Shown: positions 11,176 through 24,589, counted from the first letter of the whole stretch. The stretch is DNA of 61,626 bases, filler included, from Chiloscyllium plagiosum (GCF_004010195.1; 4 parts of one record of this genome joined end to end with filler, not necessarily neighbours in it); one strand, 5' to 3'. Made by a program: numbers and translations. Notes: generated by a model not told the origin, from the sequence alone.

Positions 11176-14071
11176 CCTTCTGCGTGAACTTGTGGCAAGA
11201 ACAGATATTAAATTGAACGCTGTGCTTCAGTGATAAATAGCGGTGGCTCTAATACAGGCACCATTTCTTTCTGCAGCATAAACCACGCCTGTTCATTACT
11301 CCCTTCCTAATGCTGCACAATCACAGCATAAGGAGATGCAGTTATTATGGTGTTTAGGCTGTCACTCTGTCACAATTAGAATGAGAACAGAAGCCTGTGA
11401 GAAGTATCAACAACTTCAGAGCACAAAAAGATGCAGCATCATTTCAGCTGGTGATCGTGCCAAATATCATGAAAAGTCTCAGGCACAGTTGATTCGAATG
11501 AACTCTACAATTTTGATCTCTTTCTGGATGCTATGCCCAGAAAACAATTACTGTGAATTGCCATAGATTTGATTGTCAGAAACATTTTTCATTGAGTCTC
11601 CGGGTAACAGTAACATGTTTATTGATGTGACGGTAATAGTTTTCTTATGGCTAAGCAGACAATGGAGGATTCTTGAATAGCCCAACTATTTCTGACAGTT
11701 CACCCTCTGGTGTTTTAGTTGAAGTCATTTACTTGCAGATAAGGTCATTTACTTCAGTATACTCTGAGTGATCCATATAGACATTGCTGGAGAGATTAGG
11801 TATCAATGGTCCCATTGCCGAACCGTGAAAAAGACTGTCAGGGTTCCAAAATCAGATTGTTAATGATTGACTCCCATGAGACTCCACAACACTGAACTGA
11901 ACCCGACCTCCAACTGACCAGGGATCCTGTCTCAAGCAGAGGTCGGACTTGTTTAATTAATCAAATTGAAGACCATAGCCTGATCTATGACCTAAATATA
12001 AAACTCAATAGATTGTAGGCAGAGCTTGCACAAAACAATCTCTGATTGGTTCTTCCAGCATTAGGAAGCTATAGAGATTTGAACGAGGCCTGGTGAATCT
12101 CATTGACTGTGAGATCCTTGATTGGGGTTGTTAATCAGGGAGCCCTGGCTGACAGACAGACAGGGCACCGGAGAGTCTCAGAGTTGGTGGGTCAGAGCCC
12201 ATTCACAGTGCACATGCAGATAAAGGGTGCCAGGATACTAGCTTCCATGCAGTTATTTCCGCAACGTATATCAGTCCTTAAAATGAATGCTGGAAATTGC
12301 TGAGGAAAGGTTGAAAAATGATGGAAGTGGCAATACTTGTGGTGTCGACAGGAGCCAAAGTACTGATTCTGTAAAACCAGGCAATCCATTTTGGTTCGTT
12401 CAACCAAATCCTCACTTCCATCTCCAGTGTCCCTGGTGGGACCTTCCTATGGATCCCATGTGAATCATAGATGCTGTTTGCAGTGAGCTGTTTAGTGACA
12501 TTTGTTGGTTGACTGCAGATGAGATTTAAAAAATGCAATCATTTATATTGCTGAAGTGACAAGAAATTGATAAAAGCTGCCCCAATGCAATGTATTTCAT
12601 GATGAATTAAGAAGCTTACCCATATCTAGATGGTTGTATTGAAGGTTTCTGACAGACATGGAAATGCAAATGGACAGAAAAATGGCTAACAGTGCTACAG
12701 AGTGCATTCCATTCCATTTTATACGTAATATTATTCCACAAATCCACTCTGAAATCATTGGCAATAGGAGGAAAGATCCCAGAGCAGCCTTTTCTGATCT
12801 ATTTTACACATGCGAGATTACCTGGAGACTGAAGGCCATTTTATGAACACTGATTAATTGGGAAATGTTGATGGGGATGGAGAAACTGTGATAATGTGAA
12901 GCACAGTCGGTTAGCATGGGTTTCTCCTTATCGTCCTTCCCTCCTAGATCTCATTGTCCCAACTTTTCTTCCTGGGTATTGGCTGTAACTGCTAGACATG
13001 GTTGACTTTAGGTGCTGTTTACTGGCAGTGACTGGTCCCTGGCTACTGGAGGAGATCACTGCCAGTGAAAGGTAATGATTACTCACTGCTGATTGGTGTT
13101 TGACTCCTGCTGGTAGTGGCTGTTATTTTGGAGACATTGTGTTCCTCATTACCACATGGTTGAGCTGAGGTGAATAGTAGTGTTGCACTTAAGGAAAAGT
13201 TAGATAAATGCGTGATGAATGAAAAAGAGAATTTAAGGTTAAACTCCCCTATGGTTAAGACCATAAATCTATAAGACATCGAAGCAGAAATTAGGCCAGT
13301 TAGCCCATTGAGTCTGCTCCTCCATTCAATCGTGATAAGGTTTTCCAATCCCATTCTCCCCGTAACCTTTGATCCCCTTGATGCTCATGAACCTATCTAT
13401 CTCCATCTTAAATACACTCAATGACCTGGCCTCCACAGCCTTCTGTGGTAGTGAATTCCATACATTCACCCCTCTCTGCCTGAAGAAGTTTCTGCTTATC
13501 TCCGTTCTAAAGGGTCTTCCCTTTACTCTAAGGCCTAGGCCGTTGGGTCCTAGAGGAAGTAAGGTGGAAGGAGCCTTATATTAAGCATGATTGTAGTTGT
13601 GGACAAGTTGTATTGAATGGTCAGAGGGAATTTAAGAGAACACCTTACTGCAAAGTGAAGCATCACTGACAGCAGCCTCTAGGGCTGAGTTTTCCAGGGG
13701 GTGGAGTGTACTACTGTGCCGAACAGTGCCTGAAATAAATGAGAGTGGGATTTCCATCCTTCAGCAGGACACGGCTCACTGGTGAGAGCTGCTGGTCAAT
13801 CAAACCTGCACAGTTACTGCCTTTGATGTTTGAATTTGTGTATCACTGGACATCAGAGTGCATCTGGGAAAATTATCAAACAGTGAAATTCACAACTGAT
13901 CTTGGAGGAACTGTTGGGTGAAGTTCACAGCACAGAATCAGATAAGTGAATTGTTGTTTTAAGTGTGGCCTACAGAGAATCTTCAGTAGTGAGTAGAGTA
14001 GGTTCTTTCTTGATTATATGTTTTTGGAGATAAGTCTCTTGATTAAACTTAAAATATAAGCCATAACTATT

Positions 14072-14171
14072 NNNNNNNNNNNNNNNNNNNNNNNNNNNNN
14101 NNNNNNNNNNNNNNNTTAATTAATTAANNNNNNNNNNNNNNNNNNNNNNNNNNNNNNNNNNNNNNNNNNNN
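14072..14171. other. Artificial 100-bp contig spacer N44-TTAATTAATTAA-N44 (also at 27651-27750 and 53077-53176)
   Basis: Identical 12-mer with stop codons in all six frames, centred in N runs of equal length, occurs three times. Confidence 0.95.
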
Positions 14172-14490
14172 TTTTCCCCAGCCCCCATGGTGTGTGTGTG
14201 CAGGTGTGAGAGACAGTGAAAGACACAAAGTGCACCAATCTTTTATTCAATTTCCACCACCAGGAATATAGGAAAACACCCGGGTGGCCAGTGACAAGCA
14301 CTGCCCTTCACATCAGAGGGCAGTGCTGTGTGATCAAAACAGTGAGGGGGAGGGTGGGGACTAAATCAAAATAGAGTTGGAGGGAGAAATGATGCACTCC
14401 ACTCCCTGCGGCGCCCACCTCTCCCTGAACAACTCCAGGGTGTTGGTGGACACCGCGTGCTCCTTCTCCAAGGACACCCGGGCCCTAACG
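14172..14490 (-). mobile_element. 3' end of an L1/Tx1-like LINE
   Basis: C-terminus ..RARVSLEKEHAVSTNTLELFRERWAPQGVECIISPSNSILI* followed by a 3' UTR that recurs at 22603-22830. The clade assignment is tentative. Confidence 0.6.
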
Positions 14491-15850
14491 TACTGGTTTT
14501 TATACTCAATGCTTCTATTTAAAAACCCAATTATCCTATAAACCTTCTTAACAGTTGTTCCAACTTGCCCGGCCACTTTCATGGTATTACGCACGTGAAG
14601 CCTGAGGCCTGTCTGCTCCTGTACCACTCTAAAAGTTGTATCATGGAGCCTGTAATATGTCTCTGTGTTTCTTCTAACAAAATGCATTGCCTCACATTTC
14701 TCTGCAGTGAAATTCATCTCCCAGATGTCTGCCCATTTGGCCAATGTCCCTTTGAAGTTGCTCAACATGATCCTCACAACTCATTGTCACCCTAGTATAG
14801 TATCATCTATAAGTTTAGTGATTTTGGCCTCAGCACCCATCTCCTAATTGCTTATATAAATCAAAAAAAAGCAATGGTCCCAACACCGATCCCTGGTGAA
14901 CACTACTTTAAACTCGTCTCCAATCTGAGAAATGCCTGCCTGTACCTACCCTCTGTTTCCGAGCTTTTAGCCTACTTCTAATCCATGCTGTCAAGGATCC
15001 ATCAATCCCAAATATTTCCAATTTGCTAACCACCCTGTCATGTGGCACTGTATCAAATACTTTATGAATGTCCAAATATACAACATGCACAGCACTACCC
15101 TCACCCACTACCTGTGTTACATTGTCAAAGAATTAGAATTCATACAGTGTGGAAACAGGCCCTTCAGCCCAACAAGTCCACACCGACCCTCCGAAGAGTA
15201 TCCCACTTAGATCCATTACCCTACATTTCCCCTGACTAGTGTACCTAAACTATACATCCCTGAACACTATGGGAAATTTAGCGTGGCTAATTCACCTAAC
15301 CTGCACACCTTTGGATTGTGGGAGGAAACCCATGCAGGGAATGTGCAAACTCCACACAGGCAGTCGCCCAAGGCTAGAATCAAACCCGGGTCCCTGCCGC
15401 TGTGAGTCACTGAACCACTGTGCCAAGATGCTGCTCTGTATAAAAAAGCTGCTCCTCATGACCTTTTGAAAATTTTCTCCTCTCACCTTACAAACAAGAC
15501 CCCCGTCTTGAAATCCCTCACCCGTGTCCATGTCCATCAATTAAATTTGTCAAGCATGACCTGCCCTTGACAAAGCTATGTTGACTGTTTAGTATTAACT
15601 TATTTTTCTGTAAGTGTATATTTACCTTATCTTGTATTATGGTCTCCATCAGTTTCCTCACTGTTGATGTCTAGCTGTCAGCTCTGTGGTTTCCTGGGTT
15701 ATCCTTTGCCCCTTTCTTTAACAACAGCATCACATTTGCAATCCTTTGGATCCCAGGACTAATCCTGTATTCAGAAAAGCCCGGAAAATTTCTGCCAACA
15801 GCTCTGCAATTTGCTCCCATCGCTCTCTCAGCAATCCAGGATGTCGAACT
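14491..15850 (-). mobile_element. Old CR1 RT fragments with a nested SINE (~15130-15430)
   Basis: KWADIWEMNFTAEKCEAMHF, VVYLDIHKVFDTVPH and KKGAKDNPGNHR motifs; SINE core inside. Confidence 0.8.
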
Positions 15851-17647
15851 AAGAATTTCTTTTCTCAAACACTTTTGTTATTATTTCGAAGTGGTTGTGC
15901 CCCTAAGATTTGAACTGAACTGAAGGTAGACTTGCCCCTTCCTTTGCATTGAAATGAGTTAATGGTGGTTGGTGGCGTTTTTTTTTGGAACTCATGAGGA
16001 AGACTTGGTGACTGGGGCAGGGGGCTATCTGAGGGAGTAAGAGGTGCTGAGGGCCCTTAGAAACTAATGCCATCCGCTCTTGTTCCATCTGTGCCTTCAC
16101 GAGCTATCTTACCTTGGAGCTAACCAAGAGCAGGTGAGCTGCTGGCTGCTTGTGAATGAAAGATGGATCCACCAAGATAACCTTCTGATGAACTGGAAAG
16201 GTGTGCAGGCCACTGGTGTGAGTTAACAGGCACTGTCACACCTTGTTCTCCAACGGTTGACCACTCTTTCTATGGAGGAGATCTTTGGCACTAATGCTTG
16301 CTAGTGCTCGTGCTTGAGATAGACTCCTGCAGGCTGTATGCAAGAGTGTATAGTGCCCCTGGAGATCCTGACAGCAACACGCTCACATTCCCTACTGTTT
16401 CCACTTTTACTGACCCCCTGAGACTCAGCTGTGCTGACCAAGAAGCGTCCTTTATCTCCTGACAAGGGTTTAGCACAGCTCTCCCTGACCCCAGTGCCTG
16501 CTTGTGCTCCTCAGCTTGTACCACTTTGTTCAAGAGGCTAGTCCACCATATGTGCAGGTGGAAGGTGCCCAGATAGAACAGGACCACAGCCCAGAAGATT
16601 ACTCCGGAGGGTTTTCCTCTCAGCTTTGAAGAGTCTACGGGCTATGTTTCTGTATTTTCATCAATAATTGAGGACCTTTGTGGCCACCACCCTGCTACAG
16701 CAGTGCTTACCTTGCCTGGTTACACCGGAGATTTTCTGACCCTCTGACTGTGTTGCCAATATTGATAACTATTGATAACCATTTATAAGAGGATGGCAAG
16801 CACAGAGCTCACTGGTTCAAAGGCTATCTCCAGGACTTTCGTACCACAAGGCCTGCCTTTGAAAGGCCACAGTTCAGGGAAAGTCCAGCCCTATGTCATG
16901 ACCTGGCAAAGCGAGCATCATGGTAAAAAATCCAGGTCAATTTGGAAAACAAAAATCCAGTTCAAATCAAACAAATAGAAACTAATTTGAGAGACTGTTC
17001 TTGCCAGGGCATGCCATTTGTAAGAGAGGATCTCCCCTGAAGTATTGAATAAGTTTAGCTCTCACTTCAGAAATTTCTCACATGAGGATTTGTCTTGCTC
17101 CCTTGAAAAAGTGCAACATTCTCTTCAATACTTGGGAAAGTCTGGTCCAAGATTGATTGAAGCAGAGGGAAACCATCTGGGAAGGATGTGTCCCCCGACT
17201 GAATTCTCGTCGCTGCTGTTAAGCTGGAAGTGACAGAGAATGGAGTGTATGGGAATTCAGACTCCACCTTCTCACTTCCCCAGTCACTGCCTGCTCCAGT
17301 TGTGATAGAGACTGTAGGCTGCCCCTTCAGTCACCTCAGAACTCATTCTTAATGAAGAAACAAGTCACCCTAAGCATCAGAGACTATTTCGGAAGAAGAA
17401 TATTGAGGAATTTTTTTGATGCATTGAAAAGTTAGATTAATTCATTCATTAATACAGGTTTAAATGGCGTTGTCATAACCCAACTGTTTCTAGTAAGTGT
17501 CAAGTCTCCTATTTGTAAATCACTAAAAATGACTTTAAATATCACCGAAAAACATTCTAGTTTCTTTGGCACACATTAGTTTGTTTCTGAGTAAATAGAT
17601 TTTTTTGATACATAGAAGTTTTTAAGACGTGCTGCTCGGAAACTTAG

Positions 17648-17773
17648 GCACAAGTGAGGACTGCAGATGTTGGAAACCAGAGATTAGATCAGAGTGGTGC
17701 TGGAAAAGCACAGCAGGTCAGGCAGCATCCGAGGAGCAGGGGAATCGACGTTTCGGGCAAAAGCCCTTCATCA
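17648..17773 (-). mobile_element. Short Penelope-like tail element with hammerhead-like core and 10-bp TSD
   Basis: Minus strand reads cctgatgaagggcttttgcccgaaacgtcg; flanked by ggaaacttag at 17638-17647 and 17774-17783. Confidence 0.75.
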
Positions 17774-17896
17774 GGAAACTTAGCCCAGCATTCATGGACC
17801 AAGGGAATCAGTAGAAATTCACCACTGTCATTATTTCAAAGTGGAGATTTCTCCAGTTTTGTGAGCAGGGATGGCTTTTGACAATTCTACTTCCAA

Positions 17897-18545
17897 TATT
17901 ATGGACCAGACCAGATCCTGTCAAAATATTTTAAGAAAGCAGCCTAGACCTTAACTTTCTCTTACGTTAAAGGTAAGTGTAAAGTGCCGTGTTCCAAATG
18001 TAATGCAACTGGTCAACTGACTCAACACAAAGCAAAACACAATTTACTTAAACACTGTAGTTAAAAACAAACAAAAAGAAAGAGGAAATTAGAATAACCT
18101 AACTCTATTGGAAACTTAACAGAATAATAGATGCAGTAACTACTACTAATTAACTGTTCCAATATAGTAACACCCCATAAATATACCCCTTGAGAATAAG
18201 GCAAATTCAGAGATCCAATATTCTGATATGCAACTATGCAGCACAGAGAGAGAGAAAAAAACAAAATCAAAATCTCAGAGCGAGTAGCAGCCAGGAGACC
18301 TTTACTGCAGCTTCCAACCCTGTTGAGACTCCAATAGTAGCTGAATCGCAAAGCTAAAAAAGCAAAAACTAGAAATCTTGTTCTGCGAGAGCTGGCCACA
18401 CCCATTCAGGCTGCTTCTATTGTTTCAACTTTTTTTTAAAAAATGCAAGCTTCACAAGCTGTTTACTTTTGCTGGCATTCTAACTAGACAGCTTGATACC
18501 TCTGTTTTCAAATCTCTCTTCAACAAAGGCCACAGCATCGTAACA
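17897..18545. repeat. Probable solo LTR
   Basis: Begins tattatgg (decayed TGTTA) and ends cgtaaca; ~650 bp and non-coding; no clear TSD. Confidence 0.4.
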
Positions 18546-18709
18546 TTAATCAGTGGCAAATATTGCAGAAACTCTATTTACACTTAACGTGACTTCAGTT
18601 CCCATAATCTTCTCTTCTGCACAGGTTCAGCAAAGTTTACTCTGACTTTACAGATAAAGGTGGAAATACGAGCTGAAACACTACCCAGCACATTACAGCC
18701 AATAGAGGG

Positions 18710-19290
18710 GAATCATAGAACCACAGTGTATAGAAGAGACCCTTCAGCCCATTAAGTCTTCATTAACAAGAACCTACTCCAAATCTACACAGTCCTATTT
18801 TCCAGCATTAGCCTTGAATGTTGTGACATTTCAAGTGCTCAGCCAAGTATTTTTTAAAGATTGTGAGGTTTCTTGCCTCAACTAGTCTCCCAGGCAGTGC
18901 ATTCCAGATTCCCACCACTCTCTGGGTGAACATCCTTTTCTTCAAATCCTCTCTCAACCTCCTCCTGCAGTAGTGTTTAAATATTTTCCCTTTGTATTGA
19001 CCCTTCAACTGAGGCGAACAGCTGCTTTCTATTCACCATGTCAATGCCGCTCATAATCTTACACACCTCCAACAACCTTCTCTGCTCCAAAGAAAACAAC
19101 CCAAGCTTACCCAGCTTCGCTTCTCTCGCTGGAATGCTGCATCCCAGGGAACATCCTGGTAAATCTCCTCTGTACTCCCTCCAGTACAATCACATAGTAC
19201 TTCCTATAGTGTGGGGACCAGAACTGCACACAGTCCTCCAGCTGCAGCCTAACCAAACTTCTGTAAAGCTCCAACATGACCTTCCTGCAC
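18710..19290 (-). mobile_element. CR1 3' end
   Basis: LYRSLVRLQLEDCVQFWSPHY..LEGVQRRFTRM and FTQRVVGIWNALP. Confidence 0.85.
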
Positions 19291-19380
19291 TTATAATCTT
19301 TCATCTTAACAGGTCACATTGAATTCAGACAATTCTAGAAATAAATGAATTGCTCATGAGACAATCCCTCCCAAACAAAG

Positions 19381-19850
19381 GGGCGGCACGGTGGCTCAGT
19401 GGTTAGCATTGCTGCCCCAAAGCACCAGGGACTCTGGTTTAATTCGGGTGACTTCTATGTGGAGTTTGCACATTTTCCCCATGTCTGTGGGGGTTTCCTC
19501 CAGGTCCTCCGGTTTCCTCCCACAGTCCAAAGTTGTGCAGGTTAGGCGAATTGGCCATGCTAAATTGCATATCCTGTTTAGGGATGTGTAGGTTAGGTGC
19601 ATTAGTCAGGGGAAATGTAGAGTAATAGATTAGGGGAATGGGTCAGGGTAGATTAGATTCCCTACAGTGTGGAAACAGGCCATTTAGCCCAACAAATCCA
19701 CACCAACCTTCCGAAGACTAACCCACCCAGGCCCATTCCCCTACATTTACTTCTGACTAATGCACCTAACACTCTAGGACCCTCTTTGGAGGGTCGGTGT
19801 GGACTTGTTGGGCCAAATGGCCTGTTTCCACACTGTAGGGATTCTAATTC
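19381..19850 (+). mobile_element. HE1/V-SINE-like SINE with an inverted SINE tail (~19651-19775) inside
   Basis: gggcggcacggtggctcagtggttagca head and core; the tail is split by a reverse-orientation tail copy. Confidence 0.85.
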
Positions 19851-20133
19851 CTTGATGTTGGCATATAAATTGCTTTGTGCCAGCCCAGAGTTGGGTCTCA
19901 TGGACAATACAGACTTGGAGAGTGCATGATGGGACATAAGGGAGAAACTAAGGGAAGTGACCCAGGGTTCTATCGGCTTTAATTTAGTCATGTGTTTCTA
20001 AACAAGTGTTGATCTGTTGATACAACACTTTATGGTGATGTACCAACTTCTACATTCGCAGATAGTATTTGATTAAACTCTGAGTGGTCACCAACATGAA
20101 ATACAATGAGTGTCATTTTTCTGTCATTCTCAG

Positions 20134-20244
20134 GACTCCTTTCCATTAAAGGTCCGAGGTATCCACATGATCAATGAACCCGTACTGTTTGATTCAGTCT
20201 TTGTCTTAATTAAACCATTCCTGTCAGAAAAAATCAAAGAGCGG
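20134..20244 (+). CDS. TTPA: Alpha-tocopherol transfer protein, penultimate coding exon (human exon 4 equivalent)
   Basis: cag|GAC...CGG|gtgagt; 111 nt, phase 0/0; [37 protein letters not shown] (CRAL-TRIO domain, close to vertebrate TTPA). Confidence 0.95.
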
Positions 20245-20571
20245 GTGAGTAACCCTTCATTTTAATACAATCGCAGTGAAAATAATCAAATACTTTAGCC
20301 AACTTTGCTTGAAATATATTTCAGCTAAATGCTTGGGAAAGTTGCTGTTGGCACTGACTTCTCCACATAAATGCAAAGAAGACTGCTGTTTCAATCTCCA
20401 TCATTATCATTTAGATTTGCAAAAAGTAACAGAAGTACAGCACTGTATCATCTTCGTTAGGTTTTAGATTTCAAGCACAAAATTGTTGGCTCAACACAAA
20501 AAAGGATACTTTTCGAAAGCGAGACATTGAATAGTGTGTAACTTTAATTGAGTGTGATGCGTCTATTTCAG

Positions 20572-20745
20572 ATTCACTTGCATGGGAGCAATTACCAGCA
20601 CAGCCTTTGTAAGCACTTTCCAGCTCAGATACTTCCCCCTGAATACGGTGGCCATGGACCTGCTTATGAGGAGCTTTGTCAGGAATGGACTGAATTTGTG
20701 CTGCAGTCTGAGAAAGATCTTCTTGAACTTTCACTTGTTACTTGA
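20572..20745 (+). CDS. TTPA: Alpha-tocopherol transfer protein, last coding exon
   Basis: tttcag|ATT...TGA; 174 nt; IHLHGSNYQHSLCKHFPAQILPPEYGGHGPAYEELCQEWTEFVLQSEKDLLELSLVT*; LPxEYGG motif; adjacent to GGH as in human. Confidence 0.95.
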   Translation: MHLHGSNYQHSLCKHFPAQILPPEYGGHGPAYEELCQEWTEFVLQSEKDLLELSLVT

Positions 20746-21063
20746 TACTTCGTGCCAATGCGTCCACTGTTTGAACAGCACTACTTGTGTTAATCAATGA
20801 ATATAACTGTAAACACTAACTCTGTTTTATAGAACAAGCAGGTATCACATTAAGCATTATGATGTAGTACAAGCAGAAATTAATTTTAAAAGCTATCAAA
20901 TTTGAACAAAATGTTTAGTTTTTGATATTTCAGATTACTGTAAATTAAGATTTTATTACTATGTGTTTTGATTTCTGAATACATTGTCTTAAAGTTTAAT
21001 ATTTAAAGCTTTAGGAATGAAACCTTTCTGCAGTGGTTGAATTAACAGTTGCCCTTGTTAAAA

Positions 21064-21378
21064 GATTAGATTCCCTACAGTGTAGAAAAAGGCCCTTCAG
21101 CCCAACAAGTCCACACCAACCCTCCAAAGAATAACCCACCCAGATTCATTTCCCTCTGACTAATGCACCTAACACTACGGGCAATTTGGAATGGTTAATT
21201 CACCTGACCTGCACATCATTGGACTATGGGAGGAAACCGGAGCACCCGGAGGAAACCCACGCAGACACGGGGAGAATGTGCAAATTCCACACAGTCAGTT
21301 GCCCGAGGCCGGAATCGAACCTGGGTCCCTGGTGCTGTGAGGCAGCAGTGCTAACCACTGAGCCACTGTGCCGCCCTT
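21064..21378 (-). mobile_element. HE1/V-SINE-like SINE (in or near the TTPA 3' UTR)
   Basis: Full-length reverse copy from tail (gattagattccctacag) to head (ccactgtgccgccc). Confidence 0.9.
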
Positions 21379-22602
21379 TGGTGGGATCTTTCACTGTGTG
21401 CTGAAAAAATACTGAAAGCCTGTTGTGAGGTGCAAATACCATTTTAATTGCCATTGCAACATTTTTGGAAAGAAAAGTGCAAAGATCTGTGAATTATATG
21501 CAACAAAAACAAAACAGTAAATTCTACAAGGCACTTCTGTATCACCTGGGGTGTTGGGGGGTATCACAGCACGGGAGATCTAAACTTTCCCTGTAGCATC
21601 GGGGAAACACACCTGCCTGTTGTGGCCTTACGAATGCAGTGTTCTTTAATAAAATGAAAAACTTTTTATTGTTCCTGTACTGCACCTTCCCCAGCCCTGC
21701 CTGAATCCAGCTGCATGCTGGGTTGGTTTGACACTGAGAAACACTTCTCATTTCCTGCCCAGGCCATCTAGCAAAGATTTTTGTGCCGACTTCAGGCTAA
21801 CATTGGTTTGTGATTTTAAAAAGGTCTCTGCCAGTTTTGGGAGGGTTCCCTTGTCAACTGCTAACTGGAAGGTGAATTCTGATTACTCAAGGACAGTTCA
21901 ATGGCACTTGGATTGTTTTAAATGCTGACCAATCTGGCTTCCATCAAATCAGTAAGGTTAAATTTGCTGCACAGTTTATATATTAAGCCAGAAATAGTCT
22001 GACTTGAAACAGGTGAAATAAATGCAAGATTGGCAAAGTGATGTTCAATAAAAAAAACAAATATTTATGAATTCCAAATGTTGAATTTTCTCTTGCTGTT
22101 TGCACAGAAAGCTCACTCTTCTATTTACAAGCAGTGTCCTGAATCTCTGGTTTATATTTTAAATAATAAAACCAACAAAAGATGTTGTAGACATTCCCAA
22201 AGGACTACCATGACAATAATCAAGCTAAAAAGCACTTACTAAAATATCATTTCACGGAGCTATGATGAGTGAATGCTCTGTTCTATCTCAACCCAAAGCT
22301 GCAAGCAATGACACATCCAACAGAATGCCACCTGAGGGCGCTGTAATGCAACAATTCAATCATTGATAGAGTAATTTTGAAACGCTGAAGAGCTGTGCTC
22401 AAGATCAAGGGTTCAGAATTCAAGGTTACATCATGGCTATCCAACCTTTTTACACGGGGGGTGCAGATTTTAATTTTTTTTTCCCCACTTGGTGATGTAG
22501 TGATTGTAACATGGCCAGCCAGGTGGACCTCACAGTCAATGAGTTCCCTGATTAGGGCTGTTAATCAGGGAGCCCTGGCTGACAGATAGAAACAGGAGTG
22601 TC

Positions 22603-22830
22603 CCCCTCCAACTCTATTTTGATTTAATTTCTACCCTCCCCTTCACTGTTTGATCACACAGCATTGCCCTTTGATGTGAAGGGCACTGCTTGTCACTGGC
22701 CACCCGGGTGTTTCCTTTCTCCTAGATGTGGAATATAAATAAAGATTTACACACTTGTTGTTCTTCACTGTGTCCAACATCTACACACACACACACGACA
22801 TGGGTGCCGCGGGAAAGAATAAAAATAAAG
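22603..22830 (+). mobile_element. 5'-truncated L1/Tx1-like 3' UTR with 9-bp TSD, inserted in an LTR-like repeat (~22505-22950)
   Basis: Same sequence as 14172-14390 (reverse); A-rich tail; aggagtgtc at 22594-22602 and 22831-22839. Confidence 0.75.
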
Positions 22831-22982
22831 AGGAGTGTCAGAGGTTGTGTTCTTTGAGCGCTGGCTCTGAGGGAGCGGGATCAGTGTTAAGGACTCTCCA
22901 CTTGTAAATAAAGGGGGACTTTGTGATGGGATACTGGCCTCAAAAAAGTATCAAACAGAATGGGCTGTCCTAGAGGTGGCCA

Positions 22983-23340
22983 GAAGGTGTGTCAGGGCGG
23001 ACTGACAGCTGGAAGTGGCATGGGGCAGACCGAGAGCCGGAAGGGGCAGGGGGCAGACCGAGAGCCGGAAAGTGTGTCAGGGCAGACCGAGAGCCGGAAA
23101 GTGTGTCAGGGCAGACTGAGAGCCGGAAGGGGCATGGGGCAGACCGAGAGCCGGAAAGGGCATGGGGCAGGCTGCCTTCGAGTGGCCGGAAGGTGGGAGG
23201 GATGGGGTCAGGGCAGACCGAGAGCCGGAAGGGGCATGGGGCAGACCGAGAGCCAGAAGGGGCATGGGGCAGACCGAGAGCCAGAAGGGGCATGGGGCAG
23301 GCTGCCTTCGAGTGGCCGGAAGGTGGGAGGGATGGGTGGG
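22983..23340. repeat. G-rich minisatellite with a 28-bp unit (ggggcatggggcagaccgagagccggaa) and two longer variant units
   Basis: cagaccgagagcc recurs at 28-nt spacing (23026, 23054, ...); about 10 units. Confidence 0.9.
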
Positions 23341-23739
23341 TGGCTGGAGGGGAGGTCTGTATTCTATCCACTGTTTTTTAGATCTAATTAGACTGTCTTA
23401 TGTGTATTTGTTACTGTTTTGTGATGATTGAAAGTGGGATTTGAGGTTTGTCCTCATTTCCCTGAAAACTGGTTGAAAGGTGGGGTTTGAGGTCTAGCTT
23501 TGCTGCTCCTCTCTCTGATAAATTGCTGTTTCTCTGTATACAGCAGTTAATGTTAATTAGTTTGTGAGACATATTGTTTAATAATTTTTTTAAAAAAAAG
23601 GAGTGTCAGGGGTTCTGTTTGCTCTGAGAGCTGCCTCTGAGGAAGCTGGATCAGTGTCAAGGACTTTCCAGGGTGTGCACTCTCCTGAATACTGGCCCTA
23701 TGAGTTCTCACTCTGGGAGCAGAGCTCTCACTCCCTCGT

Positions 23740-24055
23740 GTCTTTGCAGTTACCTTTACTCAATTGTCATGCCTTTACATATGATTCCAGCTTCTCCCTC
23801 TCAAACTGCAGGGTGGATTCTGTCTTATTATGGTCACTGCCCCATAGGGGTTCCTTCACCTTAAACTCCCTTACCAAGTCTGCCTCTTTATACATCACCA
23901 ACTCCAGAAATGTCTGTTCCCAAGTGGGCTCCACCTTAAGCTGCCTCAAAGAAAATCTCAGAGACAGTCCATGAATTCAGCTACCAACCTGACTTTCCCA
24001 GTTCACCTGTATATTGAAGTCCCCCATGATTACTGGAATAGTGCCTTTTTCATAT
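23740..24055 (-). mobile_element. CR1 endonuclease fragment
   Basis: VEPTWEQTFLELV..EPLWGSDHN on the minus strand. Confidence 0.7.
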
Positions 24056-24589
24056 ACAGTAGTAAAGTCACTACGTCTGAGCCAGAAGAACAGATTACTA
24101 AGAAAACATCTTACAAGTTTGAGGAAAGGCCTTGCGGTGCAGTGTTAATGACCTTGCCTCTCAGCCAGGATAACAAGTTCTTAGAAAACATCTGACAAAC
24201 TTGAAGGAGTGTCATGTGGCACAATGGTACTGATCTTACCTCTGAGACAGAAGAATTGGTTATTTGGAAAACATCTTACAAGCTTGAGGGAGGGCTGCTA
24301 TGGGGCAGTGGTAGTGACCTTACTTCTGAGCCAGGAGGTACCAGTTTAGCGCTGCTTCTAAAAGCTTCTGACCACACGGTGAGGGAAATGTTTAAATGTT
24401 ACCTTCCCTGAGCCATTTTCCAAGGCGCCTCTTTTAGTTTTTGCAGGATGCATTATTCCCGATGCCATTTTATAGTCAGTATTTGGAGACAGTCTTATCC
24501 AAAAACCGTGTCCTCTTCTTTTCAGATAGCTTTCATTTTTTGCATCCCAGTAAGCAAGCAGCAAGTGAATGATTGCAGTTTTCTTTGGG

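Noticed and set aside
14116..14127. Palindromic TTAATTAATTAA recurring three times
   Set aside because: Always centred in N44 runs; an artificial six-frame-stop scaffold spacer, not biology.
15900..17400. GC-balanced stretch that may be an old LINE or a TTPA exon
   Set aside because: No recognisable motifs; the expected upstream TTPA exon (..QRNG..FDLxGW..) was not found here or elsewhere in 1-20133.
19381..19450. tRNA-like sequences (also ~24050-24340, 54028, 58860)
   Set aside because: They are SINE heads or decayed derivatives with A/B boxes but no complete cloverleaf.
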